DNA of 64,000 nt from assembly GCA_964247055.1 (NCBI GenBank), contig OZ176052.1, positions 9,858,001 through 9,922,000 on the forward strand, in the 5' to 3' direction. Source of the DNA: Paragordius varius. Taxonomy: Eukaryota > Animalia > Nematomorpha. The position numbers were made by a program, and so were the translations under genes. Below, piece by piece: positions 29,482 through 44,500 of the stretch (the first letter of the stretch is position 1; each line of letters starts with the position of its first letter). The notes beneath the pieces were generated by a model. That model made no database searches and had not been told where the DNA came from. It saw nothing but the letters and a program-made list of their open reading frames with translations.

Positions 29482-32400
29482 ATGATAAAATCACAAAATA
29501 TAAAACTAATTCATCATTTTTTTTTCATTGATTTTCTCAATAGATGGTGACTTTATTTTCTTGAATTATATTATTATACCTTATTTTATGTGATTATCTA
29601 CACAATATAAAAATTTTGATTTATGAAACCATGTTCAACGATAATGACTTTATATATGTGGATACATATTGAAAAAACATATAACGATATTTTCTGCACG
29701 ACTTTCCTTTTTACAAAATTTCGTTTGAATCGAATTAAGCCATTTAAATAATTTTATGATTTCGAGATATGTCCAACCCTTGAATATTTAACACTTTAGT
29801 TTTAATTCACATAGCAATTGTTTAGTCTGTTTATAAATACAAGCGAAATTTCAGACAAACTCTATTAACAACCCTAAAGCGCATCTTTTTTTATCATTTA
29901 CTTTCTAGTATTATTCTTGTAAATTTTGTCTGTATAATAATGTGTGGGTTCTGTTTTTCTCTTACTACATTCAAAATTTTGTATATGACCCCAATCTCTA
30001 CCCGAATAATAAATACAATGTTGTAAAAAATAATCATTTTTTATATTTCATTTATTTATTTATTTATTATCACTAATAAATAAATCTGTTCCACATTTTA
30101 TTTTTATTATATTATTGATACTCTACGAAATACGCACATCATCTATTAGTCGATTTACTTTTTACCTTGTGCTGCTAATCCCCAATCTTAATTCTATAAA
30201 CTTCAAGTTTCTTATTCACTAACTAAACTAATTTGTTTGAAAGCTGTTAATTATACTTTACAATTTACAAATTATCAAATTAATTCGCCCGCTCTAAGCA
30301 AAAAAATCATTACCCTGAAACTGACATTGTGAAAACCTATAATTCTATATTTCAGAATCTGTGTAAAAAAATTAACCTGAATCATTCATTATCTGAAAGA
30401 AAACTTTTTTTCTGACAACTATTCTACTTTATCTATCCAATTTGTTTTCATTCAAACATTTTCAGTTTTAAAAGTTCCAGGACTCCCCACATATCGATTG
30501 ATTGAAATTTTTTATCAAATTATACTCTATTATCAGCTTAGCTATTTCTTTACATATATTTATATATATATTTTCAATCCTAATTAACCCTAATATGATA
30601 TTAAAACACATCTTCAAATTTTAACTCTTCCTTAATATATATAATCTTGTTTAAAAAAATTTTAATTACATGGTTTTTTACTAAAAACATAATTCAGTTT
30701 TATGTAACTTGGTTTCTTCTTACCTACTTTGTTGTACTAACTAAAAAACGCTCTGAAATAGAAATAAAGTTTACATTTATATTTCTCATCATAAATTACG
30801 GTTATAGCGTTTAAACTGCAAAGTTTCATTTTAAATTTTTACATAAAGCGTAAAATTTTTTTTACATGTTTTAAGACCTCATTAAAACAACCATTAAAAA
30901 ACATTTGATAAGTTAAAGTTATTCGCTTTTATTTTATCATATTTATTATTCGAATGGACATTGAATAACAAACACATATTTAGCAAAAAATTTGACTGAT
31001 GATGGCCTTTTTCACATACTACTTACCAATTTTTGTAACGACATATGATACATTTTATCAACGTTGTCTTTAATATAAAAAACTTGAGTAAAAAGAATGT
31101 ATCAATATACTGCAATATATTCCGCTTCGTATTCGGCCCAATTGTGTTATGAGGATGCCCTGGGTAAACATAAAGGTATATATATATATATACTAAGTCT
31201 GATTTTGGTATTAACGTTAAATTGTGTGAAATATTTCAATGAATTGGGGTTATAACCTGTCTTAAAATAGCTCTGAAACTACATTATATTAATATTCTTC
31301 TGGATACCTATTAGAATATGTGAAAATCTAGTGATTTTGTCCATAACAATCCTAAATATGGGGGGAATAGGCTTGAAAAACATGAATTTTTGATTGATTT
31401 CAAATATATTTTCACTAATTTGAGTTTCAGTAATTGTTATGGCGAAATTATATATTATAATTCCGACGGTGACCTTATTTTTGGCCTCAACCAAGATACA
31501 CATTTTAATTTTTCTATACCTTAGTGATTTTTGCACTATTTATTTTTAATAAAGTATCGAATTTTTATATTATGCAATACTATAAAATACTTTTAACCGG
31601 AGGAGTTTGGATATTTAATAACATGAAGATTACTTAATCTGAATTATATTTTACTATTTACCAAATCTAATTTTTTTGGTATTATCCACAAACAATATTT
31701 TTTTAATTAGTCCAATTATGATTTATGATTAAGTTTTTTTTCAATTTACTCATGCAAAAAAAATATTTTTTGTCATTCTCTCCATATTTACTTTATTTTT
31801 GCATAAAAGGAATATAAAATTTTACGGACTCGATAATGTGTAATTTACATTTATTATAAAAGTACAAAGAGAGGTGCGGAATATATTTTTTAAAAAAAAC
31901 TACTTTTTTACAATATTTTTACCTTTGATATTTCTCTCTATTTAGTGTGAACAAATTTTATTTATACTATACAATATTTGTTTCGGTACAGAATGAAATG
32001 TTAAGGAAATAAATACATCAAAAGAATTTATCTTATTATCATTTTTTTGTATTATAAAAATATATACAATTTTATAGATGGTAGTTTATTATTGTTGTGT
32101 TTAGGTATTTTAAAAATTTGTTGTAATCTTAAATTTTTATTTGTTTAATACTTCAGTAATTCCGAATTAATGATAAAATAACTTATTTTTTTATATTAAA
32201 TTTTATAGATGAACGAGATGCAATACAGAAAAAAACTTTCACAAAATGGGTCAACAAACACCTGAAAAAGGTATATGCACTATAAGATTAAATCAATTGT
32301 ATCTATAAATTGACACTTGTCCTCGAAATTTCAACTTTTTTTTAACTTTTTCAATTTTTTTAAATAAATGTATAAATATAAATATAAATACAAAAAGTTT

Positions 32401-35400
32401 TAGCCATAATACTTTAATTGTATGGAAAAAATAAAAATTGTCTAAACGAAGCTCCTATTTTTTACTTGTTAATGGCTGTATTTGATTATAAGAATGCCAT
32501 TTTTTTAATTTTCAAAACAAAATAACCTATAAAATAAATTATAACTAAAAATTCTCAATGATTTATTTTTTAACTAATCATGTGTTTTGTTTTATATTTT
32601 TCGAATTTATTTGTAAGGTTAATAAGAAAATCAATCAAATCTACGAAGATTTACGGGATGGAGATAATTTACTTTCCCTACTTGAAGTTTTAGCGGACCA
32701 AGCTTTGGTAATTTTGTCTAGAACCACATATTTTATTAATTTTAATTTATTTTAAATTTTATTTTTTAAAATATTTAAAAAATATTTTTAGCCCAGAGAA
32801 CGAGGATGTCTACGATTCCATATGCTACAAAATGTGCAAATAGCCCTAGATTTTTTGAAATCACGATCGGTATATTTTTTATACACAATGACAAATTCGG
32901 TTTTCCTAATATATTTTCACATATTTTAAAATTTTGTGAGATAGAGATCATTAAGGAAAATACGAAAAATAAAATATATTTTCAATTGATATACGGTTAA
33001 AAACATTTTTGGTTCCAATCTTAAAGATTGTTTATCATATGTTTAGATTAAACTTGTGAATATTCGAAGCGAAGATATAGTCGATGGAAACCCTAAATTA
33101 ACGTTAGGACTTATTTGGACAATCATCCTACATTTTCAAGTAAATATAATTAGCAGTTTTTTATATTGTTTGGCTCTATTGCTAATTATTTTACTGACAT
33201 GAAACATTATTTCAAACTAAAATTTTATAATTTATATTATCTGTTTAAAATTATTGTTGCTTCCATTTTTGGATCACGGAGAAGCACGGGTAAATTATAA
33301 TTTTAATTATTGAAATTCAATTATTTTACTATTATTTCTACATTTTTTTTGGATAAACTGCGGTTTTAGGGTTTTATTTTGAACAAAATAATTTTAAAAT
33401 TTTGGTATTAAAATTTTTCGCTTTTTTAAAGGTTGAATTAATTTTGTATTGAATTTCCGTTTTTTTCTATATCAGATTTCCGATATTATGGCAAAAAGTG
33501 AAAATCAAGATGTTAATTCTGCCAAAGAAGCCCTCCTTAACTGGGTTCAAAAATCACTTCAACCTTACACGCGTTGTAAGGTTCGTGATTTTACGGAAAG
33601 TTGGAAAGATGGGATGGCTTTTAATTATGTCCTACATAGATTTAGGTAAATTAATTTAAAAAATTTGAATTATTGCCCTATGTTTCGATAAAAATAACTT
33701 CGTTTACCGCATTTTTGACTTAAAAAATCTGGCGTGCCGCATACGAAAAATATATAGTCAATGATAAATATTTCAAAGGATTTTAAACATAAAAATATTA
33801 CGAACACCATATAATTAAAATAACCAATTTTCCTTAATTCGTTTCCAATTAGAAAGATATATTTGTTTAAAAAATAATTTTACTAATATTTTGTAAACAT
33901 TTTTTAAATTTCAAAATTTCCAATTCGACGGCTGCATATGATATTATCGGGCAGACTCATGTTGGAAACTCTGGTTATGGCCTTAAAATTATTAAAAAAA
34001 ATTGTTTTTTATAAAGATTGTTTAACATTTAAATAATATAAAAGAATACAATTTTGGTTCATTTTCCATATTTTTTAAATAACCCTTTCTAAAATCAATA
34101 AGCGGGAAAAAGTTATATAATAAAAGTGTGATATTTACTTTTGAATCGTTTTTTAAGATCATGGAACATTAATCAATTTTTTATGTTGCATTAATTTTCA
34201 TTTTTATTAAGCATTTAAATGAATGACATAAATATAAAAAGTAATGAAATAAATATTTATCTATTAGTACATTTAGTTCAATTTTAATTACCTATGTTGT
34301 ATTTATATATTTTTTAATACAAGTTTGTAAATGTGTAATTTTATTAATTAATGCGAAAAAGCGATTAAATAAGTTATATAAAAAGGTGAAAATCTAGGGT
34401 AAAACTAATTAGCACTTTAACATCTTTACTATTTTAGAAACGATAATTTTTCTTTCTTCATATAAAATTCTTTTTTCAAAACTTCATATTCAAAACTTTT
34501 CAAAGGTAATTTTAATTAAATATTTTTTCTAAAATTACGGGATATTTTTTTCAAAAAGTTGATTTATCTTATTTTGTTCATTATTTTTTTTATTTTATGA
34601 AATTATATGTCGAAATATACCAAGTTTAAACATCTTTAAAATAATATTATTAATAGACCAAGTAGTGTAGATTTGACCCAAATTTTGAGGCTTAAACCTA
34701 TGGAAAGGTTGAAATATGCATTTGACACAGCGCAACGCGACTTTGGCGTCACAAAACTATTAGATCCTGAAGGTTTTGCATTTTATGATTTTTTAAGTTT
34801 TTGCAGTGCCGTATTCATTATTTTAATAAAAATTATTTTTAAATTTAGAATTATAGAGTATTTTAAATAAAAATGCATCATTTTTATATTTCTTAATGAC
34901 ATAGTAGAATTTTATATATGATGTGTATTTAATTTAAATTATTTTTGTTTATTTTATAGTTAAAAAATAATTTGCATCTTAAAATATTTTTTTTACAAAA
35001 TAATTTAAATAATATTTTTGTTTGTTTTTGCCAAATGTCAAGATGTCGATATAGCCAAACCGGATGAAAAATCTATAATCACATATGTGTCTTCCTTGTA
35101 CGATGCCATGCCAGAAAAACCAGCATTTAATACGGCACAACTTGAAACAGTTTATAATTTTTTTTATTTTGTTTTTATTAAGTGATCTATATTAAAATAT
35201 ACTTTTACCTTACTACAAAACAATAAGGAAATTTAAAGGTTAATTTTTAAGTGATTTTTTAATGAAATTAATTTAAGGTTATTTTTTGGCTTTCAAATTT
35301 TGTGGCCTTAATAGAGTCATTACCAATCTTATATTGCAATGTTAAATGGTTTTTTATGCTATTAATCAGAAATGAATAATGTATATATTATAAAAAATCG

Positions 35401-35483
35401 GCATTTTTTTATTGTTGAATAAATTATATTTTAAAATACCAATATGTTTATTCTTTATACTAAATAAACTAAATTTAAAATTG

Positions 35484-35524
<41 letters not shown>

Positions 35525-38500
35525 CATTTAAAATTTTTGAAATTCTTTTACTTGCCTAATATCTTTTATCTTTTATTTTAATATTGATTTTTCCAACTAT
35601 TTATCTTGTATATATGTACATAATTATTTTACACCTGATAATACTAATTTATTTACCAATGTTAAAATAACAATAATAAATTATTTAAATATTATAACAT
35701 TCATGGTTATTCGATTTCACCTAAACACACTTATTATTTATGAAAAGATTTTAATCTTATTTCAAAATTCTGTGATAATTCCAAATATATTTGTAGGAAC
35801 TAAATCATCGCATCGATACATATGAAAAACAATTAAATACACTAAGAAATTGGTGTAGCTCTATAACAGAAAATGAACTTACTACCTACGCTATCCCACT
35901 TGACGCTGAACATATAAATGTAAAAATTTTTGTTAATTTATGTGATAATAAAAATGCGATACTTTAATTTTCTGCTTATAAAAATTTTAAATTATTATTA
36001 TTATTAATATTAAATTAGAATGCTATCCGTAAATTTAATTCGTTTATCGACAATGATCACAAAGGCAAAGAAGTAGAAAAGAATAACATATATCAACAGT
36101 ATGAAGATTTACAGGTAAAATATCATAAACTTTTATGAATGCTGTGAAACTTTTATATTAATAATCCCCTACATAATAAGTTTATACTTGTACATTGAGA
36201 AGCCCTATATAAGGCTCATGAGTTATCATTCGCATTTAGTTTCAAAGAGGTTTTATGATTAAATCGTTTGACGAGTAATTTTGGACCTATCAAAATAATT
36301 TTTAATTTATTTTTTTAATATTTTGTAAAAGTATAAATATCATTAAAAATGAAATAAAAAGGGTCATGATGCCGATATTAAACCATTTATTTTAGTAAAT
36401 TGGGGTCATTATGATGGATCTAAAAAAATATTTTTTCCAAAGTATGGGTAGATTTAAATATTCTAATTCTAATTTTAATTAAAAAATTTTTTATCAGGAA
36501 TTCGCGGCAACCTTTTGTGACAAAAGTAAATGGGAACACATTTTTGATACTGTCATGAGTCCTACACTTTTACAAAAAGATTGGGAAGATATGATTCGTG
36601 CAGAACAGGCCAAAAAAGAAAATATTCAGTATTTGAAAGAAAAGTAATATAAACATAATTTATTAATGCGTTTTTAAAAGCTATTTTTTATTTAAAAGAG
36701 GACATTTAAATTACTCCCTATATTTTAATGTATGGATTAAATATAAATTGTTGAAATGCATTGGTTTGTGTTTAGAGTGTGATATATTTACAACATAAAA
36801 AGGTATAAAAAAATTAAATATAATGTTAAATATATCATATAATCAAATATTTATCAAATTAATGGTAATAGTTAGTAAACTTCTTATAAAAAATAAAATC
36901 GAAATGATTAATTTAATTCTAATTCATTTAGCTATATTCTTAATATCTAGTATTAGTTGAATGGTTTTAAATATATTTGACTGGCTAAAACGGTGTTAAT
37001 TCGTTTTGACCAATTTAACACTCCATCCTAATCATTGAAAAAATATTTTTGTATTATGCTGCATCATAATATAGTTTACCCATTCTGATTGAAATAACGC
37101 GTAACATACGAGAAGAAATTATTTACTGTAGTGAAATTATCTGTAAACTTTCTGATGCTTCCAATAAAACCACGTGTGTCTTGACCACCAAAAAACGGAC
37201 ATATTACTGCAAAGAAATTAGTGAAAAGATTATAAAAATTCGTCAAAGTGTTCATAAATTACGAGATATACATGTTGCTGATACGGACGGCTTGGAGGAA
37301 AAGTATACGCAAATCCCTAAACGAATATAAATTAAACAGAAAAATATATTTTGTTCAGAAGAAATTTGATTTTTTATCAATGTCTTTTGTGCTATTGGCA
37401 ATATTATGAAATTTAACCTTTTTTGTTACCTATTATCATATTTGAAATAAACTGAAAGAAACATACAACAATATTAGTTGATAATAACTTGGGACATTAC
37501 AAATATTTTTTAGATGATTTCACATAAACATATATAATTATAACTAATTTCAAAAACATAGAAAATATGTGAAAATCGCCATCATCTATATAATTATAAA
37601 TTTTATTGCATAGAGCGGAAGATTTATCACATCGATTGCAAGTTATTATACGCAGTTCGAATTCCGGTTCACCCCTATCATCATCAACATTATCTAATGG
37701 TCAACAACAACAACAGGCGAGCAAACGATTAGTTAGCAATCCATCACTCTTGGCAGATTCTGAACGTTTAACTCAACAATTCTCAAATGATTTACAAACC
37801 TTGCTACAAAATATTCATAAACAAAAGGTATATATATATACTTATGGAGAAATATTTCTATATGCCAATATATATGTATATCGGGATTTAGAACCGTTTT
37901 TGGGGAACCAAAACGTGATTTATTAGAGTTTTTAAAGAATTTTAACGTTTCTAAAAAAATGAACGATTTTAAATATTTAAGACAATTTTAACCTTAGTTG
38001 TTAAATTGTTAACTTTTCAATTGTAGATTTTCGTTTTCTCAATAAAATGGCGCACAATATTTGCAATTTATTTTTTAATATATTTTGTCAATAATTAACG
38101 TTGTAACTGAAATGTGTTTTTTGTAAATATGACGGAATATGAAATGATAATAATATAAACAAAAAAATATAGAACTTAAATTAAAAAATTTTTTTAAAAA
38201 CGATGGAACTGGATCCAAATTTTTTTGATAACAAAAATCTTTGAACTGTCCTTTAAAAAGCACCCGAAGACTAAAAAAGGGTTTGTCATATATAAAATCA
38301 ATTCTCGTTCGATACCCGAAATATCATTTTCTAAAAAATATTTATCTATACTCAAACTTTCCATATTTAAAAAATTCGATAATTTATAGTCCAAATTGCA
38401 GGGTTTGACCGATGCGCTTGATATTGTACAATTAGATGACATTTTTACAAAACTTACCTCAGAAGAATTATCAATGAATGCGTTATCCAAACATTTAGCC

Positions 38501-41500
38501 ACTCTAAACGAACAAAAGGTTTAGTTTTTTTTTGTAAAAAAATATGTAAATATATGCAAAATAAATTTTCATATATAGCAAAGATTTTAATATACAAATT
38601 GCTATTTTTTCATTTTAGAAAGAAATTTTGCAAAATACCGATTTGCATGATTACACCATAAAAACTTTAATTGATCGATGGGAAGAATGTCATACATTGT
38701 TTCAAAATTTAGAGGTAACCATTTTTATATTTGTATATTAATAAATAGAAATACAGTTTGCTGGACTATACATTAATTCTTTAATTAAAATCTTTTCGAT
38801 CGATGCGAATTAAATTCACATTTAATGATTTTTAAAACGTTTACGAATTTTTTTTAGATTTATTTCACGGACATCCGAAAATCTGTGACAAATATTCAAG
38901 ATTTCACGAATGATGCGACTTCTCTGCTTTGTTGGATTAATAACAAAGTCGATGTGGAAATCAAACGGGATTGGGCCACGCAACCTTTTGATTTAGATGC
39001 CGCACAATTATATCATAAAGTAAAGAAGAATTTTTTATGAATTAAACTTATAACTAAAATAAAATTATACTTTTCTATATTATGCATCTGCATGGATTAG
39101 ATTGTCTAATTAGATAGGTCTTGTTTTTTTTGTAAATTTTAAATATTTAGGACTAAAAGATTGATAATCAACTGTTTAGTATTGGTCAACGAATTTATAA
39201 TATAAAATTTTTATTTTATAGCAATTATGTTTGGATATGAATCAAAAGAAGGTTGAAATGGATGAATGCCTTAATTTCGGTCAGAATGTATGTCAAAATA
39301 ATTGTGCTGTACCTCAACTCCAGGTAACATATTTTTTTATTAAATTTAGTTAAAAAAAATTAATTTTAAAATTTAATTGTATTCCTATAATTATAATTTA
39401 TATAGTGCCTATTAAATACTCTTCAAACTCAATGGATCTGGTTGACGCGACTCGTCAATTGTTTTGACGTTCATTTTGAAACGAAACAACGCCATTTAGA
39501 GGTTTTGCTTTTAAAATAATTTTATTTTAATATAATAATTATATTTCATGTTTCCTTCTATTATTGAGTTAAATACATTTTCAAGCATTTATATATATTT
39601 ATTATGAGATTTGATTGGAATATGGTTAATATTTATGATAAATTTTTCAATTCACACAATTTTTAAAAAATGTATAATTTTTTAAGTAAAATTATAAATT
39701 TTAGATTGATTCTGAAATCATTCAAATTGAGCAAGTTATTTATAAGACATTGCAAGACATTAAAAACATTACCACATCTTCCAAAAATATTTCGCCACAA
39801 AAACATTTCAGCGCCAATTCTTCCGATCATGTCAAAATAAATGGAAATCATGAGTAATTACACTTTTTTTATTGATGTATTATGAGATTTTTTTAAAATG
39901 AATTTGTTTTATAACTTATTTTGTTTATCGAATTTTCATAAGTTATGTTTGGATTAATTTCAAAGTTATTATTATTAAAAAAATTTCTTTAGACAAAACG
40001 GAAACGCGCAATACTCAAGTGAAGAGGAATCGAATAAAATTAGTTCAAAACATCAAAATGGTTATTCAGTAACCTCCAACTACTCCAAATGTAATGGAAA
40101 TTTGCCAAACGGTCATCTCAGTCCAAACATATCGAAAAAAGATGTTTCTTTAATTTCCACAACCCAAAATAATATAATGGGCCAAGAGGATTTGGATAAA
40201 ATTAAGGTATGTACAATATTATTACTTCAATACTATTTAACAAATAAATATAAACAATTAAATATGAATTATTAACTAAATTTTGCTTAAAATAAATTTT
40301 TATTTTTTGCAATAGCCAATATTATTTTAAATTTCTTGTAATATGCTGATCAAATTTCTAAATTCTTAAATTTTCTTATATCGCTTAAGATAAAAATATT
40401 TTTATACATAATAATTTTTGTAGGTATGTGGAGAGTCCCTAGATAAATGTTATCAGGATTTGACGGCACTCAAATGTGAAGCTCTTGAAGTTCCATCAAT
40501 TCGTGCAAGGAAATATAAAACACGGGAACCGAGAAAAATAAAATTACTTTGTGATTATCAATCATCAAAGGTGATTATTATAGAAGAAACCTTTTATTTT
40601 ATTTATATCGAATTCCGAAAATTTTATCCGATTGTCGGAAGAATACATGGGTCATTATCCGCATCATTATTATTTTTGAAAAAAATATATATTTTGATTA
40701 AATTTAATTATACAAAAATATATGATAATCAATAATACTCTACATACATTTATAAATAAAAAATGATTTTATTTATTATTTTTGGTTCATTATAAGATTC
40801 CTTATATAATACTCACAAATTCGCAAGTTTATGTGAAATTCTCTACTTTGAACGATTATAATTTAAAAATTAGACATATAAAAATTAGGAAAGTTTATGA
40901 TGATCACCATAATCTAATTAGTAATGCACTTGTATATTCAAAGTCCATAATGTCGGGCTAATAATGGCGGGGTAGGGGGGTTTTCTAGCATAAAATCATT
41001 TTAGTTTATTTTGTTCATTTTACAGGAAATTTATTTATTTATAAGTTAAAATTAATCCTTTAACTTGTTTTGTTTCAAAAATCCGAATTATTGGTGAAAC
41101 TTAATAGCATTTTATAAGCTAATTTCATTTATAAAATGCTTTCAAAACTAAATTTATGAAGGCTAACGTGAATTGACACACTTTTTTCTTCTTTTCGAAG
41201 TAGTCGAATTTATTATTTTATATAAACATATAGGATGAATTAAAGGCTGATACACACTTTTGGTTATCTGATAATCAAAATGTCAATTTTTGGAAAGTCG
41301 TGGATTGCTTTACAAACAGAGAATATACCGCACCTTCTGTGTGTTTTATGGTTTTGCCCCCTGCTGAAGACCTAGTTGCGTGCATTGATAAGTAATTATT
41401 TCAATCCTCATCTATTTGTTAAATTTTGAAACATTGGAATTTAATTAAATATATTTTATTTAAACTTTTATTTGAAATGAGTCAAACATTTTTCAGTACT

Positions 41501-44500
41501 TTATACTTTTGCTTTAATTATATATGCAAACTAAAAAATGTACTAATTTATGGGTTTAACTTTGTAATATGGTTTCTTAAATTGTATTATTTAACTTTTA
41601 TGTAAATAGTAAAATATCTCAATAATTAATTTTAATTAATATTATTGGGTATATAATTTTGATTTTTTGCTTATTATTCTTAGTTTGATGTCAATCCTGA
41701 ACAAATCTCTGGACAATTGGAAGTTATGCCAAGCCAATGTTTTATACAAAACGCTTTTGTCCAATTTTAATTGGATAGATTCTTGGTCAACTTCAACTCA
41801 TACCGTAATTTGCTAATAACATATATATAATAGTGCATACTATACTACTTATTCAAATTAATTTGTATGGGTGTAGGAAGTTTTGAATATTAAGCATATA
41901 TATGTATATATATATATATACATCTTGTTTTTTTTTGTTTTTTTAACATTTTTTTTATTCAAACAGTGTAAACATTTTTTATATCTACACATAAATATTT
42001 GTTAAACCCATGGCGCTTTCATACAGAGCCCTAAAGATTCCGTAAAAGCCCAAGTTGTATCACAATTACGCCACGTATTCCAAGAATTTATGTCACATTC
42101 TCAAAGGCCTTCAGTCATGGATGAAATGCAAATTGAACAATTTGTATCGCAAATATCACTAAATCCATATCTGAAGCAAACTCTGCTCAGTACAAAAGAT
42201 GAGATTGATTTTAAAGGTACCAAGTTTAGTAAAAAAAATATATATGTATTAACTCTAAAATATTATTTTCTTTTTATCTAAGGGATAAGCGATATAATGT
42301 CAAACATAAGTCATAAAAGGGAAATGGAGTTGGAAACTGAATTTAGCCATATTGAGACCCAATTGGATACGTTCCATAAAACATTGAAGGAAAAACACAA
42401 ATCTGCTTTGAATTTGAACCCTGATGAATTTGAGGATTTGTTAATTAAACACATGGTAAAATTTTGCTATATATAATTTAAATATAATAAATTGGTTAAG
42501 TAGGCATTTAATGTAAATTTTATTGTGTCCATAGGAGTTTGAAGAAACTATGAACAATTTTGAACAAAACATTTTGGCCCTTAAGGATAAAGTCGAGATC
42601 ATAAGCCCATTATCACTGAAAACAACACAAAGACTCGAAGATATAATGAATTACTGGGATTATTTATGGAAAAATTCACATTTATTCGTTGAAAAGTAAT
42701 TTTTTTATTACAAATTTTATAAAAAATATGTTATGTATATTAATTTGCAATACCCCAAATTACTTATATTAACATTTAATTACTACATGTATTCTATTAA
42801 GGTTAAAGTCGTTTGAATTGGAATATTACAAATCTCAACACGCTCATACAGTCGATAAAGACGAACTAGAATTGTCCAAATCAGGTACAAAGCTTATATA
42901 AAATATATAAAAAATTAAAATATGGCCATTTAATGAATAACATTTTTAAAAAAAATATTGGTTGATTAACTTAAAATTAGTTTGAAGTTTGTTTGTTTGA
43001 TTAATTTTCAATCTGAAAACTATGCTACATCTTATTAGATATATAAATAAATTATTTTGTGCATAGAGTTGAATCAAAATTTTTTGGATAAACAATGTCA
43101 AATTAATACAAATATTTGTTGTAATCGCACACTAGATAGTCATTTTATGTATTTATCATGATTTACCTCAATTCAACAAATCTATAATCAATCATATTTT
43201 GTATATTAATTAATACTTTCGTTTGCATTATTTGATCCGTTATGTATACGTTTTACAAATTAATACATTATGATTAATTGCATATATAAATGAAACAATT
43301 CAGATAATGACATAGTCATATCTCAAGAATCTGTCTCAAATGACTTTTCAAATCAAACGTCGGACCAGAGCATTGAAATTGCTAGTAAAACCGATATTTT
43401 AGAAGAAAAAGAAGTATATACCGATTTTAATTTACATTAAATAAATTTAACACCATATTTCTATATGAAAATGTATATTACAACAGAAAAATCAAATTTT
43501 TGTTACCGAAGATGCGTACCATAAAATTGGTCAGCTTTCCGAATCTATTAATAAAGCTCATGCTCAAATAATGTCCAAATTAAATGATTTATCCAAAATA
43601 TCACAGGTACGTTTTGGTTTTGTGAACATATTCTGCTTAAATTGGCGCTTTTGTTGTAAATTAATTTTAAAGTTCCAATTTTATTGCCCTTGTCAAGAAT
43701 AGGTTATTAAAAATAAAATGTTTACCAATCTTTTCCTATAATATATTTATAATCTCTAGACAATTAATGGAGGATGTCCAGATATATCCGATGATTTGTC
43801 AAAATATATACCCTCTATACCTGAGGAATTACGAGTGAGTTTATTTTATTTAAGGATATGTTTTTTTTAGTCTCTTTTCTGTTTCAAAGTTTCTCCTTAT
43901 TTTAATGGGGAAATTGATTTGATATTGATGACAATAACTATACCTCTTGATAATCAGGGTTGAAACTTTTTATTTATTAAAAATTGTTTAGGAATATTAT
44001 CAAATGTGATTTTACTTATTTTCACCAACTATGGATTAGATACACCAAATTTTGGATCAATTAGTTTTTAAATTTTACCAATATTACAATACTTAATTCG
44101 GTTAGACAAAGTTCATACATAAAATGGTTTTCATAATTTATCCATGTGTTATAGCTATTTAACTCTTTTGAATTATTTTCATAGACTCCTGATGGAAAGT
44201 TAATTGACGCATCAATGATTAGCTCTGAAGAATTATATTCCACATTCCTTTCTTACGAACAATCATTGGCAAAAGCGCACCAATTTTATGATGGCACCTT
44301 ATCTAGACTCGAAGACCTTAACAAAGATTTTCAAAACGTTGCTAGGGAAATTGAAAAGAGTCGATATAAATCTGTCATTAAACAACCATTCCCTGATTTG
44401 CCTGACCATTTATTAGCCATAGAAAGAAATGATACGAAAGAAGCTCTTGATGTGTGGAACACAAAATTTATAAAACCTCTCAAGGTAATTTTCCATTAAA

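Noticed and set aside
33250-33291. Candidate extra exon ([11 protein letters not shown]|GTAAAT) before the CH2 exon
   Set aside because: No upstream acceptor or in-frame ATG found.
38194-38502. - strand ORFs here and at 44061, 50263, 53071, 58547
   Set aside because: Antisense to spectraplakin exons.
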